From positions 452,983 to 516,982 of the forward strand of contig NZ_JBDWDG010000022.1 in NCBI RefSeq assembly GCF_039977455.1: a stretch of DNA of 64,000 nucleotides, given 5' to 3'. This stretch comes from Algibacter sp. (GTDB lineage: Bacteria; Bacteroidota; Bacteroidia; Flavobacteriales; Flavobacteriaceae). The notes beneath the pieces were generated by a model. It was not told where the DNA came from, searched no databases, and saw only the letters and a list, made by a program, of their open reading frames with translations. The translations under genes were made by a program, and so were the position numbers. Shown here in pieces: positions 9,894-19,504 of this stretch (within the stretch, counting starts at the first letter, position 1; each line of letters starts with the position of its first letter).

Positions 9894-10017
9894 ATTCCCG
9901 AGAACAAGAGAATCTCATTAACTTAAGTATTAAATTTGAATAGATTTCTACTAAGATGGGAATCTCAAATAAACCTTAGAATTAATTTATTAAGATTCCC
10001 ACCTTCACGGGGATCAC
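9894..10017. repeat. Degenerate REP-like cluster (ATTCCC..GGGAAT type)
   Basis: ATTCCCGAGAACAAGAGAATCTC, AGATTTCTACTAAGATGGGAATCTC and AGATTCCCACCTTCACGGGGATCAC, separated by AT-rich spacers. Confidence 0.5.
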
Positions 10018-10032
10018 AAAAATAGCTTTGCA

Positions 10033-10557
10033 ATGAAAAAAGAAGATTGTTTTTACCTAGGTAAAATTGTAAAAAAGTACAGTTTTAAAGGTGAAGTATT
10101 AGCTAAACTAGATACTGACCAACCCGATATATACGAAAATCTAGATGCTATTTTTTTGGAGTTAAGAAATAATCTTGTCCCGTTTTTTATTGAAAGTTCT
10201 CAATTACATAAATCTGAATTGCTTCGCATAAAATTTGAAGATGTAGATACCGAAGCTGATGCCGATGCTATTATGAAAAGCGGCTTATACTTGCCTCTAG
10301 ATTTACTTCCTAAACTTGAGGGTAATAAATTTTACTTCCATGAGGTTATTGGTTTTACAATTACAGATAAAAACTATGGAGATGTTGGTATTATTAAAGC
10401 TATTAACGACTCTACAGCACAATCGCTTTTTGAAATTGACAGAGATGGTATAGAAATTTTAATACCTATGAACGATGAGTTTATAATTAAAGTAGATAGA
10501 GATAACAAAACCATCCTTGTTGAAACCCCAGAAGGGCTCATAGACTTGTATTTATAA
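10033..10557 (+). CDS. rimM: Ribosome maturation factor RimM
   Basis: GKIVKKYSFKGEV, FYFHEVIG, ILIP, EGLIDLY; follows rpsP. Confidence 0.95.
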   Translation: MKKEDCFYLGKIVKKYSFKGEVLAKLDTDQPDIYENLDAIFLELRNNLVPFFIESSQLHKSELLRIKFEDVDTEADADAIMKSGLYLPLDLLPKLEGNKFYFHEVIGFTITDKNYGDVGIIKAINDSTAQSLFEIDRDGIEILIPMNDEFIIKVDRDNKTILVETPEGLIDLYL

Positions 10558-10568
10558 CAATTCATACT

Positions 10569-10602
10569 AAAAAAAGCAACCCAATTGGGTTGCTTTTCTT
10601 TT
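10569..10602. terminator. Bidirectional terminator between rimM and the convergent gene
   Basis: AAAAAAAGCAACCC-AATT-GGGTTGCTTTT. Confidence 0.85.
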
Positions 10603-10626
10603 ATTCAATTATCTAGAAACTTAATA

Positions 10627-11082
10627 CTATGCAACAAGATTTTTTTCTATAATAATTGTATTTAAAGCGTTTTGAATTTTAGCTTTGTGATGCTCTAATA
10701 CTTTAATAGTGGAATGTGGTAATTCCTTTTGACTTAACAAATTATCATACTTACGTATAGTCAATTCTTTTAACTTACATATTTCTTCATACAAATTAAT
10801 TTTATCCTCAAACAAAAACAAACGTCTAAAATTCATCCATGTTACATAAAATCCATTTTCTAATTTCCCATCAAATTTAAGCTCCATTTCGGTATTATAC
10901 ATTTCCATTTCAGCTTTTAATTCTTTACCAAATTCATTTCGTTCAAGCCCACTCTCCGTAAAAAAGGTTTTCAATTCAGTATCACTAACCGCACTTAAAG
11001 CTTCCATATATATTTTTTCAACCTCTAAATTTAAGGTTAATAAATCGTTTAACCCTTTTAATAATTTTTCAGAGTATTTCAT
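10627..11082 (-). CDS. PA2169/DUF2383-like ferritin-like protein (divergent paralogue)
   Basis: MKYSEKLLKGLNDLL N-terminus parallels 7830; ERNEFGKEL, xWMNF, YDNLL...LP. Confidence 0.7.
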   Translation of the reverse strand: MKYSEKLLKGLNDLLTLNLEVEKIYMEALSAVSDTELKTFFTESGLERNEFGKELKAEMEMYNTEMELKFDGKLENGFYVTWMNFRRLFLFEDKINLYEEICKLKELTIRKYDNLLSQKELPHSTIKVLEHHKAKIQNALNTIIIEKNLVA

Positions 11083-11229
11083 ACTATTATATTTTAGTTA
11101 TAATTAAGGTTTTCTGTTTCTAACTCTAAATAAACAGGTAATCGTATTTTATTTAACATAGTTTAATAGAATTTATAATACTTTAACACATTATTTCATA
11201 CTATTGCCTAAAATGTTTTAAAACTTATT

Positions 11230-11955
11230 ATGTCTAAAAAACCTTTTGTTTTCAAGGAATTTCAAATATACCACGACCAATGTGCCATGAAAATTGGTAC
11301 CGATGGTGTTTTATTGGGCGCATGGACATCGCTTAAAAATCGTCCGTTTTCAATTTTAGATATTGGAGCCGGAACCGGTGTACTAGCCTTAATGCTTGCA
11401 CAACGAAGTGATGCCGAAATTATTGACGCCATTGAAATAGACGATAATGCCTTTGAGCAATGTGTTGACAATTTTGAGCAATCGCCCTGGGGAGACCGCT
11501 TATTCTGCTATCATGCCTCATTAGCCGATTTTGTTAAAGAATTAGAAACCGAGGAAGACCGATATGATGTCATTATTTGTAATCCACCTTTCTACTCTGA
11601 AGATTACAAAACAGACAATAACCAAAGAGACTTGGCAAGATTTCAGGACGCTATGCCATTTAATCATTTACTTGAAAGCGTCTCTAAATTACTGTCCGAA
11701 ATTGGTGTATTTTCAGTAGTAATTCCGTTTAAGGAAACATCAACATTTACCGAATTAGCTTCAAAATTCAACTTATTTCCCAATAGAATTTTACATGTAA
11801 AAGGCACCCCAACATCTGAAATTAAGCGTGCATTATTAGAATTTTCTTTCCGCGAAAGCGAAACCATAATTGAGTCCTTAATTATTGAAACCGAAAGGCA
11901 CAAATACACCGAGTCCTATATCAATTTAACTAAAGATTTCTACCTAAAAATGTAA
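11230..11955 (+). CDS. tRNA1(Val) adenine(37)-N6 methyltransferase family
   Basis: AMKIGTDGVLLGAW, LDIGAGTG, CNPPF. Confidence 0.9.
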   Translation: MSKKPFVFKEFQIYHDQCAMKIGTDGVLLGAWTSLKNRPFSILDIGAGTGVLALMLAQRSDAEIIDAIEIDDNAFEQCVDNFEQSPWGDRLFCYHASLADFVKELETEEDRYDVIICNPPFYSEDYKTDNNQRDLARFQDAMPFNHLLESVSKLLSEIGVFSVVIPFKETSTFTELASKFNLFPNRILHVKGTPTSEIKRALLEFSFRESETIIESLIIETERHKYTESYINLTKDFYLKM

Positions 11956-12055
11956 CAACATCTAGAAAGATTCTTTAAATTTGAGTCATTATATTGGTTT
12001 TTTATTAAAAATAAAACCCATTTATTAATAATTCTTAATTAAAAATTTAAGCAGA

Positions 12056-13234
12056 ATGAAACCAGACTTATTCGAAGCTCCTGATTATTACAATTTAGAT
12101 GAATTATTAACCGACGAACATAAATTAGTTCGAAACGCAGCCCGCGAATGGGTAAAACGGGACGTCTCACCCATTATTGAAGACTATGCACAAAAAGCAG
12201 AATTCCCAAAACAAATTATTGGTGGCTTAGCAGATATTGGTGCTTTCGGACCTTATATTCCATTAAAATATGGCGGTGCAGGTTTAGACCAGATAAGTTA
12301 CGGTTTAATTATGCAAGAAATTGAGCGTGGCGATTCTGGAGTACGTTCTACAGCTTCGGTGCAATCATCATTGGTTATGTATCCTATTTGGAAGTACGGC
12401 AACGAAACCCAACGTAATAAATATTTACCAAAATTAGCGAGTGGCGAATGGATGGGTTGTTTTGGTTTAACCGAACCAGACCACGGTAGTAACCCAAGTG
12501 GTATGGTTACTAATTTTAAAGATAAAGGTGACCATTATTTATTAAATGGCGCTAAAATGTGGATTAGTAATGCGCCCTTTGCCCAAGTTGCTATAGTATG
12601 GGCTAAAGATGAAAACGGACGCATTCATGGTCTTATAGTAGAGCGCGGGATGGTAGGATTTACAACACCAGAAACACATAATAAATGGTCACTTCGCGCA
12701 TCGGCCACCGGGGAACTTATTTTTGACAATGTAAAAGTACCAAAAGAAAATCTACTGCCAAATAAATCTGGTTTAGGTGCACCGCTTGGGTGTTTAGATT
12801 CTGCGCGATATGGTATTGCCTGGGGTGCTATTGGTGCTGCCATGGATTGTTATGATACCGCGTTGCGATACAGTAAAGAGCGTAAGCAATTTGGGAAACC
12901 TATTGGCCAATTTCAGTTACAACAAAAAAAGCTTGCTGAAATGATTACCGAAATTACCAAGGCCCAACTTATGGCATGGAGACTTGGTGTAATGCGTGAA
13001 AATGGCACTGCAACCTCAGCTCAAATTTCTATGGCAAAACGCAATAATGTGGATATGGCCATAACTATTGCTCGGGAAGCTAGACAAATGCTTGGAGGAA
13101 TGGGAATTACTGGAGAGTATTCTGTAATGCGACATTCTATGAATTTAGAAAGTGTTATTACCTACGAAGGCACACACGATATTCACTTACTAATTACTGG
13201 CTTAGATGTTACAGGCTTAAACGCTTTTAAATAA
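12056..13234 (+). CDS. gcdH: Acyl-CoA dehydrogenase, glutaryl-CoA dehydrogenase type
   Basis: ERGDSGVRS, FGLTEPDHGSNP, GAKMWISN, YEGTHDIH. Confidence 0.85.
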   Translation: MKPDLFEAPDYYNLDELLTDEHKLVRNAAREWVKRDVSPIIEDYAQKAEFPKQIIGGLADIGAFGPYIPLKYGGAGLDQISYGLIMQEIERGDSGVRSTASVQSSLVMYPIWKYGNETQRNKYLPKLASGEWMGCFGLTEPDHGSNPSGMVTNFKDKGDHYLLNGAKMWISNAPFAQVAIVWAKDENGRIHGLIVERGMVGFTTPETHNKWSLRASATGELIFDNVKVPKENLLPNKSGLGAPLGCLDSARYGIAWGAIGAAMDCYDTALRYSKERKQFGKPIGQFQLQQKKLAEMITEITKAQLMAWRLGVMRENGTATSAQISMAKRNNVDMAITIAREARQMLGGMGITGEYSVMRHSMNLESVITYEGTHDIHLLITGLDVTGLNAFK

Positions 13235-13343
13235 AGCCATTTAGTTAATATTTTTTACGATTAAATCAAGTTAAGGATACTTCAACTTTGTTTTTTATAA
13301 AATCGAGCAATGCAATGTTTCGTATATTTAGGTAAAAACAACG

Positions 13344-14099
13344 ATGAAACTTCAAGTTTATTTACTCCCCATTTTAATAATTGCTGGTTTAAGCTGCTCG
13401 AACGCACCCACAAACTCCCAAGAACAAAGCACGCTTAAGGTTTTCACACCTTTAGAAACAATCGAGGAAGAAACTATACCTAAAGGACTAGACACCATAA
13501 AATATCTAGCTTTAGGAGACAGCTATACTATAGGGCAAAGTGTTTGTGGAACTTGTAGATTTCCAGAAATTTTAAAACGTGATATTTTAAAAAATATTGA
13601 TTCTATTTCTAATTTTGAGCTATCAATAATTGCACAAACTGGCTGGACAACTACCAATTTAATAAACGCCATAGAAAACGAAAACCCTAATTCACATTTT
13701 AATTTGGCAACCCTTTTAATTGGTGTTAATAATGAGTTTCAAAACAAGCCTTTTAGTCTTTACCAGTCTGAATTCCCACAGCTCGTTAACATCGCTATTA
13801 CTAAAGCCAAAGGCAATAAAGACAATGTTATTGTGGTCTCTATCCCAGATTACGCCTATACGCCTTTTGGGCAAGGCAACCCTAATATATCTGCCAACTT
13901 AAACACCTACAATACGTTCGCTAAAAATTACTGCGATACAAATAACATTAGCTACGTTTATATTACAGATATTACGAGGCTCGGAATAGAAAATCCAAAT
14001 TTAGTGGCTAGCGATGGTTTGCATCCTTCAGAACTGGCTTATTCCAAGTTTGTGCAGAGGTTACTTCCTGTGGCTATTGAAAAACTTAAAAAGGAATAA
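13344..14099 (+). CDS. SGNH/GDSL hydrolase lipoprotein
   Basis: Lipobox GLSC; ALGDSYT, GWTT, IGVNN, DGLHP. Confidence 0.88.
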   Translation: MKLQVYLLPILIIAGLSCSNAPTNSQEQSTLKVFTPLETIEEETIPKGLDTIKYLALGDSYTIGQSVCGTCRFPEILKRDILKNIDSISNFELSIIAQTGWTTTNLINAIENENPNSHFNLATLLIGVNNEFQNKPFSLYQSEFPQLVNIAITKAKGNKDNVIVVSIPDYAYTPFGQGNPNISANLNTYNTFAKNYCDTNNISYVYITDITRLGIENPNLVASDGLHPSELAYSKFVQRLLPVAIEKLKKE

Positions 14100-14201
14100 T
14101 CTGCAATAAACAGTTTCAACAGAAAGGCTTTTTATTTACATTTACTATCTTACGTATTATAAACTGTTTTCATTTCAATTCATTAAGTTTTAAACTGTTC
14201 T

Positions 14202-15107
14202 ATGTTTTCATCCAAGAAAAGATTAGATAACGCTTACCGAAACGCCAAAATTATTGATTTTGACAATGATAGTAAGTTTATTCTATTTAGTGATTGCCAC
14301 CGAGGTGACAATAGTTTTGCCGACGATTTTGCCAATAACCGGAACATCTACTTTCATGCTTTAAAACATTACTATACTGAAGGGTTTCAATATTGCGAAA
14401 TTGGCGATGGCGATGAGCTTTGGGAAAACCTGTCGTTTAACTCTATACTTAATGCGCATAAAAACGTGTATATGCTTATGAAAGAATTTCATAAAAATAA
14501 GCGTTTACACATGATATGGGGTAATCATGATATGGTTTATAGAGATCCTAAATATGTTAAAAAAAATTTATCGACATATTTTGATCCTAAAAGAGGAGAA
14601 GAGGTTGAGCTTTTTAAGGATATAAAATACCATGAAGGCATCGTATTAAAACATTGTATGACAGGACAAGAGTTATTTTTAACTCACGGACATCAGGCAG
14701 ATTGGTGGAATTTCTTATTTTGGAAATGGAGTCGATTTATGGTTCGTGTACTTTGGAAACCATTAAATGTGATGGGAATTGCAGACCCAACAAGTCCTGC
14801 AAAAAATTACACTGAACTTATAAAAGTAGAACGCAGAACAAAAAGATGGATTACCGAAAACAATAATGTAATGACCATTGTTGGCCATACACACAGACCG
14901 CGTTTTCCTAAACCTGGTGATATAGCATTTTTTAATGATGGAAGTTGTGTACATCCGCGAAGCATTACGGGTATTGAGATTGAAAACGGCGAGATATCAC
15001 TTATCAAATGGCAAATAAATACCAACGATGATGGTGTGCTGAAAATTGTTAGAGTCCTATTGGAAGGCCCAAGGAAGTTGATAGATTATAAAACTCAAAA
15101 AAACTAA
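14202..15107 (+). CDS. Calcineurin-like metallophosphoesterase
   Basis: SDCH, GDGDE, GNHD, HGH, GHTH metal-binding motifs. Confidence 0.88.
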   Translation: MFSSKKRLDNAYRNAKIIDFDNDSKFILFSDCHRGDNSFADDFANNRNIYFHALKHYYTEGFQYCEIGDGDELWENLSFNSILNAHKNVYMLMKEFHKNKRLHMIWGNHDMVYRDPKYVKKNLSTYFDPKRGEEVELFKDIKYHEGIVLKHCMTGQELFLTHGHQADWWNFLFWKWSRFMVRVLWKPLNVMGIADPTSPAKNYTELIKVERRTKRWITENNNVMTIVGHTHRPRFPKPGDIAFFNDGSCVHPRSITGIEIENGEISLIKWQINTNDDGVLKIVRVLLEGPRKLIDYKTQKN

Positions 15108-15902
15108 ATGCTCCAAAAAAGATACGAAGGCTTTTTAAAAACACCATGTTTATGGAAAGGTAATGCTGTTTCTAATTTACTTCAATTTGAAATTGATTCT
15201 AACGCCAACAAAATAGATATCGTTTTAGATGAAAACCTGCGCTTAGGAAAATATGTAGAGCGTTTAGTGTCTTTTGAAATTGAGCAAGAAAACAACATTT
15301 CTGTTTTAGCTGAAAATATACAAATTCAAGATGACAAGATTACTTTGGGTGAAATTGATTGTTTGCTTCTTAAAAACAACACACCCATTCACCTTGAAAT
15401 TATTTATAAATTTTACTTGTATGATGCATCTGTTGGGCAATCTGAAATTGACCATTTTATTGGTCCAAATAGAAAAGATTCTTTAATTGAAAAGCTTAGA
15501 AAATTAAAAGATAAACAACTACCACTACTCTACTCTGATGCTTGTAAACCATATTTGGAGAAACTTGATTTAAATGCTAAAAACATTACCCAGCAAGTGT
15601 ATTTTAAAGCGCAGTTATTTTTACCTTTTTCTAATAAAGATATTGAGTTAAAAACGTTGAACCCTGATTGTATTGTTGGCTTCTATATTAACCAAAATGA
15701 TTTGCATCAATTTGAAAATTGCAAGTTCTTTATTCCAAATAAAAAGGATTGGTTGCTAGAGCCACACACCCATATAAATTGGTTAAGTTTTGAAGCTTTT
15801 AAAATATGTACTAAAGATTATTTTGATCAGCAATTTTCTACGTTATGCTGGATAAAATTTAATTCTGGCGAATTGAAAAAACTGTTTTTGGTTTGGTGGT
15901 GA
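15108..15902 (+). CDS. DUF1853 family protein
   Basis: LRLGKYVERL, GEIDCL, HLEIIYKFYL, IGPNRKD, QLPL. Confidence 0.8.
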   Translation: MLQKRYEGFLKTPCLWKGNAVSNLLQFEIDSNANKIDIVLDENLRLGKYVERLVSFEIEQENNISVLAENIQIQDDKITLGEIDCLLLKNNTPIHLEIIYKFYLYDASVGQSEIDHFIGPNRKDSLIEKLRKLKDKQLPLLYSDACKPYLEKLDLNAKNITQQVYFKAQLFLPFSNKDIELKTLNPDCIVGFYINQNDLHQFENCKFFIPNKKDWLLEPHTHINWLSFEAFKICTKDYFDQQFSTLCWIKFNSGELKKLFLVWW

Positions 15903-15941
15903 TTATTGTCTTTTCTTGAAGGCATGACTTTAGCACATACT

Positions 15942-16033
15942 CCCGCGTTAGGGATTGTAGTGGCATCCTTTTTTTGTTGCCATAAATGGCAACAAAAGAT
16001 ACAGTGGAAAGCCCGACCCTTGTGGTAACGTCC
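15942..16033 (-). repeat. Dispersed structured repeat, copy 2 (Flavo-1-like)
   Basis: Minus strand GGACGTTACCACAAGGGTCGGGCTTTCC...TTTTGTTGCCAT-TT-ATGGCAACAAAA...CAATCCCTAACGC. Confidence 0.8.
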
Positions 16034-16087
16034 GAAAAATTAATCCTAAAAAATTAATTTTGATGAGATTTCTGCCTTTGCAGGAAT

Positions 16088-16417
16088 TTAGCTTTCTGGA
16101 GCCAATTCCACCTCTAAACCTTCCATTTCTGGAGTAATTTGAATTTGGCACCCTAGACGGCTGTTATCCTTAACATCAAAAGCTTCTGATAGCATAGCCT
16201 CTTCATCGTCGCCCATTTCTGGCAATTCGGTTCCGCTTAACACGTAGCATTGACAAGACGCGCACATAGCCATTCCACCGCAAACACCAATGGTGCCCTC
16301 TGGGGCAAGCTCGTAAGATCTAACAACCTCCATAAGATTCATGGCCATATCGGTTGGGGCAACTATATCGTGAGTTACTCCGTCTCTATCTGTGATTTTT
16401 ATATTTACGTCTTCCAT
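16088..16417 (-). CDS. 2Fe-2S ferredoxin (adrenodoxin/ISC type)
   Basis: CGGMAMCASC and SRLGCQI cysteine motifs. Confidence 0.92.
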   Translation of the reverse strand: MEDVNIKITDRDGVTHDIVAPTDMAMNLMEVVRSYELAPEGTIGVCGGMAMCASCQCYVLSGTELPEMGDDEEAMLSEAFDVKDNSRLGCQIQITPEMEGLEVELAPES

Positions 16418-16615
16418 TACTTTGTTTTGTACTTATGCTAAATGCATGTCATTATTCGTGCCACAAATTTAAGACTTGCAAATTTATTTTTTAATGATTT
16501 TTTAGCTAATTTAAAATGTAGACTAAAAAAATAAGGAATCGTCAAAATTTTTCAATTTTAAGATTCCTTTTTTATTAGAATTATACTTTGATTGAAAGTT
16601 TAATAGTAACTTATA

Positions 16616-16858
16616 CTAAGCTTCAATATTAATAACCTGTTCTATTTGTGGTGCGTACTTTTTAATAGTCATTTCCACACCCGATTTTAGCGTCATTTGG
16701 TTTACACTACAACCTACACATGCACCTTTTAATTGCACTTTCACTAATTTATTATCTTCAATAGATAATAATGAGATATCGCCACCATCACTTTGCAGGA
16801 ATGGACGAATTTCTTCAAGGGCGAATTCTACTTTTTCTTTTAGTTCTTCTGAGGTCAT
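16616..16858 (-). CDS. NifU C-terminal/NfuA-type Fe-S carrier
   Basis: IRPFLQSDGGDI, GACVGC (CxxC). Confidence 0.92.
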   Translation of the reverse strand: MTSEELKEKVEFALEEIRPFLQSDGGDISLLSIEDNKLVKVQLKGACVGCSVNQMTLKSGVEMTIKKYAPQIEQVINIEA

Positions 16859-16861
16859 AAT

Positions 16862-18001
16862 TTATTTTTTAACAGCTGAACAACCTGCCATAGTTGTAAT
16901 TTTAATAGCTTCGGTTGGTGGTAAATCGTCATTTCGTCTTACAACTTCTTGCACAACATTTTGAGTTAATTTCTCGAATGCTTGCTCTAATGGCGTTGCT
17001 GTTTGTAACGCCGCCGGACGACCAACATCACCAGCTTCTCTTATGCTTTGCACCAATGGTAACTCACCTAAAAAAGGCACATTTAAGTCTTCGGCTAAAT
17101 GTTTAGCACCTTCTTTACCGAATATAAAATATTTATTATCTGGTAATTCTGCAGGTGTAAAGTATGCCATATTTTCTATAATTCCTAATACCGGCACATT
17201 TATACTTTCTTGCTGAAACATTGCTACACCCTTTTTAGCATCGGCCAAAGCTACATTTTGTGGTGTACTAACCACAACTGCACCTGTAATTGGTAAAGAT
17301 TGCATGATACTTAAATGAATATCGCCTGTTCCAGGGGGTAAATCCAGAAGCAAGAAATCTAATTCGCCCCAATGAGCATCAAAAATCATTTGGTTTAAAG
17401 CTTTTGCTGCCATTGGCCCACGCCACACGACCGCTTGATCTGGTTTTGTAAAAAACCCGATAGATAATACTTTTACACCATAATTTTCAATAGGTTTCAT
17501 TTTTGATTTCCCATCAATATTTACAGCTAAAGGTTTTTCGTTTGCGACATCGAACATTATTGGAATAGATGGTCCATAAATATCGGCATCTAAAACCCCA
17601 ACTTTAAATCCCATTTTAGCTAAAGTAACTGCTAAATTTGCTGTAACGGTAGATTTCCCTACACCACCTTTACCAGATGCTACCGCAACTATATTTTGAA
17701 TACCAGGAATTGGTTTTCCTTTAATAACATTAGCTTTTGGCTTTTCTGCTGGAGCTTCAACTTTTACGTTTACAGTAATTTTAGCTTTCTCATAAACCTG
17801 TTCATGAATGGTTTTAAGAATATCGACCTCTGTACGCTTTTTAGCCTGTAAACTTGGGTTTTGTATTGTAATATCAACAATAACCTCATCGCCGAAAGTG
17901 ATGACGTTTTTTACTGCACCGCTCTCTACCATATTTTGTCCTTCGCCAGGTACAGTAATACTTTCGAGTGCTTTAAGTATGTCCTTTTTATCTAGTTTCA
18001 T
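16862..18001 (-). CDS. Mrp/NBP35 (ApbC) Fe-S carrier ATPase
   Basis: ASGKGGVGKST, DADIYGPS, WRGPM, DLPPGTGD, ENM. Confidence 0.95.
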   Translation of the reverse strand: MKLDKKDILKALESITVPGEGQNMVESGAVKNVITFGDEVIVDITIQNPSLQAKKRTEVDILKTIHEQVYEKAKITVNVKVEAPAEKPKANVIKGKPIPGIQNIVAVASGKGGVGKSTVTANLAVTLAKMGFKVGVLDADIYGPSIPIMFDVANEKPLAVNIDGKSKMKPIENYGVKVLSIGFFTKPDQAVVWRGPMAAKALNQMIFDAHWGELDFLLLDLPPGTGDIHLSIMQSLPITGAVVVSTPQNVALADAKKGVAMFQQESINVPVLGIIENMAYFTPAELPDNKYFIFGKEGAKHLAEDLNVPFLGELPLVQSIREAGDVGRPAALQTATPLEQAFEKLTQNVVQEVVRRNDDLPPTEAIKITTMAGCSAVKK

Positions 18002-18273
18002 ATTTTTTTGAAATCTGTTTCAAAACGAGGATGTAAAAAGCATATTCCTTTTTGCCACAGCCTCTAAGTGTGGTTATGTGAATTTTTAAATCCTTAAACC
18101 GCACCAATTAAGAATCAATCTAAGCGCAAAGATAGTTAATAATGCCCGAAACTTTAAGCTTGTTGTTAGAAGTTTTTACTATATAACCATTGGGTTTGGT
18201 TATCGTAATAAAGCGCTGCTTTAATCTTAAAACGGCATAGTTTATGCAACCTATATTTTCTAATTTCACATCT

Positions 18274-19110
18274 ATGAAACACTCGTTATTTTTCTTAATA
18301 TTTGTAATTAGTTTTAACAGTATAAGCTATAGCCAAGGAAAAATAAAAGAAGCAGAGGACAGTTTAAAAGACAACCAAAACACGAGTAATAACAGCCAAA
18401 CTGAAACAACTTACACAAATAGCTGTAATGCCCCGAAAGGCAACTTTTTAACTGATGTTATTGGTGGTTTATTTATACAATTACTTGCTTATACGGCTTA
18501 TGGCATTGCTATTGAAAGTCCATTTGAAACAACACATTTAGCTAATAATGCTTATTTAACTAAACACCCTTATAAAAATTCTGAAACAGGTAACTTCTCT
18601 TATTATTGGAATGATGATACAGAATTATTTACTACTTCCATTACCACTAGGTGTCTTTTTGAAACCAATAGGTTATACGGTTATCATTTAAATGCGGATT
18701 TGCGATTTTTTAAACGTTTTGGCTTAGAGCTAGATTACCTACAACTTTGGGAAGAAAACCCGAACTTTGGCAATAACACTTTAGCCATTTACACGGCCTT
18801 AGCTAAATACAATCGGATACGTACGGAACATTTTAATGCGTATTGGGGTTTGGGTGCTTCTTATATTAATGGTGATGTTAATGCATTAGGGTTTACATAC
18901 GGCTTAGGTGCCGAATGGTTTTTTATAAAACCCTTTAGTTTGGCTAGTAATTTTAATCAGATATTGGTGAATGATAATACTGTTAATAAATTCAATGGGC
19001 TTTTAAATTACCACAGAAAACAATATAAGTTTATAGGAGGCTACGAATATTTAAAAATAGGAAATATTGGTGTTTCTAATGTGAGTTTAGGTATAGGGAT
19101 TTATCTTTGA
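18274..19110 (+). CDS. Hypothetical exported protein, probable outer-membrane beta-barrel C-terminus
   Basis: Signal peptide, alternating aromatic/hydrophobic strands, ends SLGIGIYL; second Met chosen as start (ORF opens at 18244). Confidence 0.6.
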   Translation: MKHSLFFLIFVISFNSISYSQGKIKEAEDSLKDNQNTSNNSQTETTYTNSCNAPKGNFLTDVIGGLFIQLLAYTAYGIAIESPFETTHLANNAYLTKHPYKNSETGNFSYYWNDDTELFTTSITTRCLFETNRLYGYHLNADLRFFKRFGLELDYLQLWEENPNFGNNTLAIYTALAKYNRIRTEHFNAYWGLGASYINGDVNALGFTYGLGAEWFFIKPFSLASNFNQILVNDNTVNKFNGLLNYHRKQYKFIGGYEYLKIGNIGVSNVSLGIGIYL

Positions 19111-19155
19111 TTAAGTTTTGTCATTATTGGTGAATTTTAAAAAATTAATACAGAA

Positions 19156-19485
19156 TTACAATTCCTTAGAAGGATCCCAATACACGGTTTCTAAATTTTG
19201 AATTTGATTTTCAATGACAGTAACACCTTCACTTTCCAAAAGCTGTTGCATAAGGTTTGTACCATCAAAATGACGCTTTCCTGTAAGTAACCCTTTTCTG
19301 TTTACAACGCGATGAGCCGGAATATCTTTTCCGTGAGAACCGTTCATAGCATACCCTACCATTCTAGCACTTCTAGCTGCTCCTAAATATTTAGCTATAG
19401 CACCATAACTTGTAACACGACCATATGGAATTAACTTAGCGACCTCATAAACTTTATCGAAAAAATTTAGTGTTTCTGGTTTCAT
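19156..19485 (-). CDS. MGMT/alkyltransferase-like protein (lacks the catalytic Cys)
   Basis: IPYGRVTSYG, ARMVG, and PAHRVV in place of PCHRV. Confidence 0.88.
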   Translation of the reverse strand: MKPETLNFFDKVYEVAKLIPYGRVTSYGAIAKYLGAARSARMVGYAMNGSHGKDIPAHRVVNRKGLLTGKRHFDGTNLMQQLLESEGVTVIENQIQNLETVYWDPSKEL

Positions 19486-19504
19486 GTGTAGTTTCTATTA
19501 TTTT

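Noticed and set aside
15948-16151. ORFs at 15948-16151, 19484-19777, 24340-24522, 49399-49644 and the many antisense ORFs inside genes
   Set aside because: They are shadow frames that overlap repeats or well-supported genes on the other strand, with no motifs.
16088-18001. Mrp-NfuA-ferredoxin cluster as a novel system
   Set aside because: These are well-known Fe-S carrier and maturation components in an ordinary arrangement.
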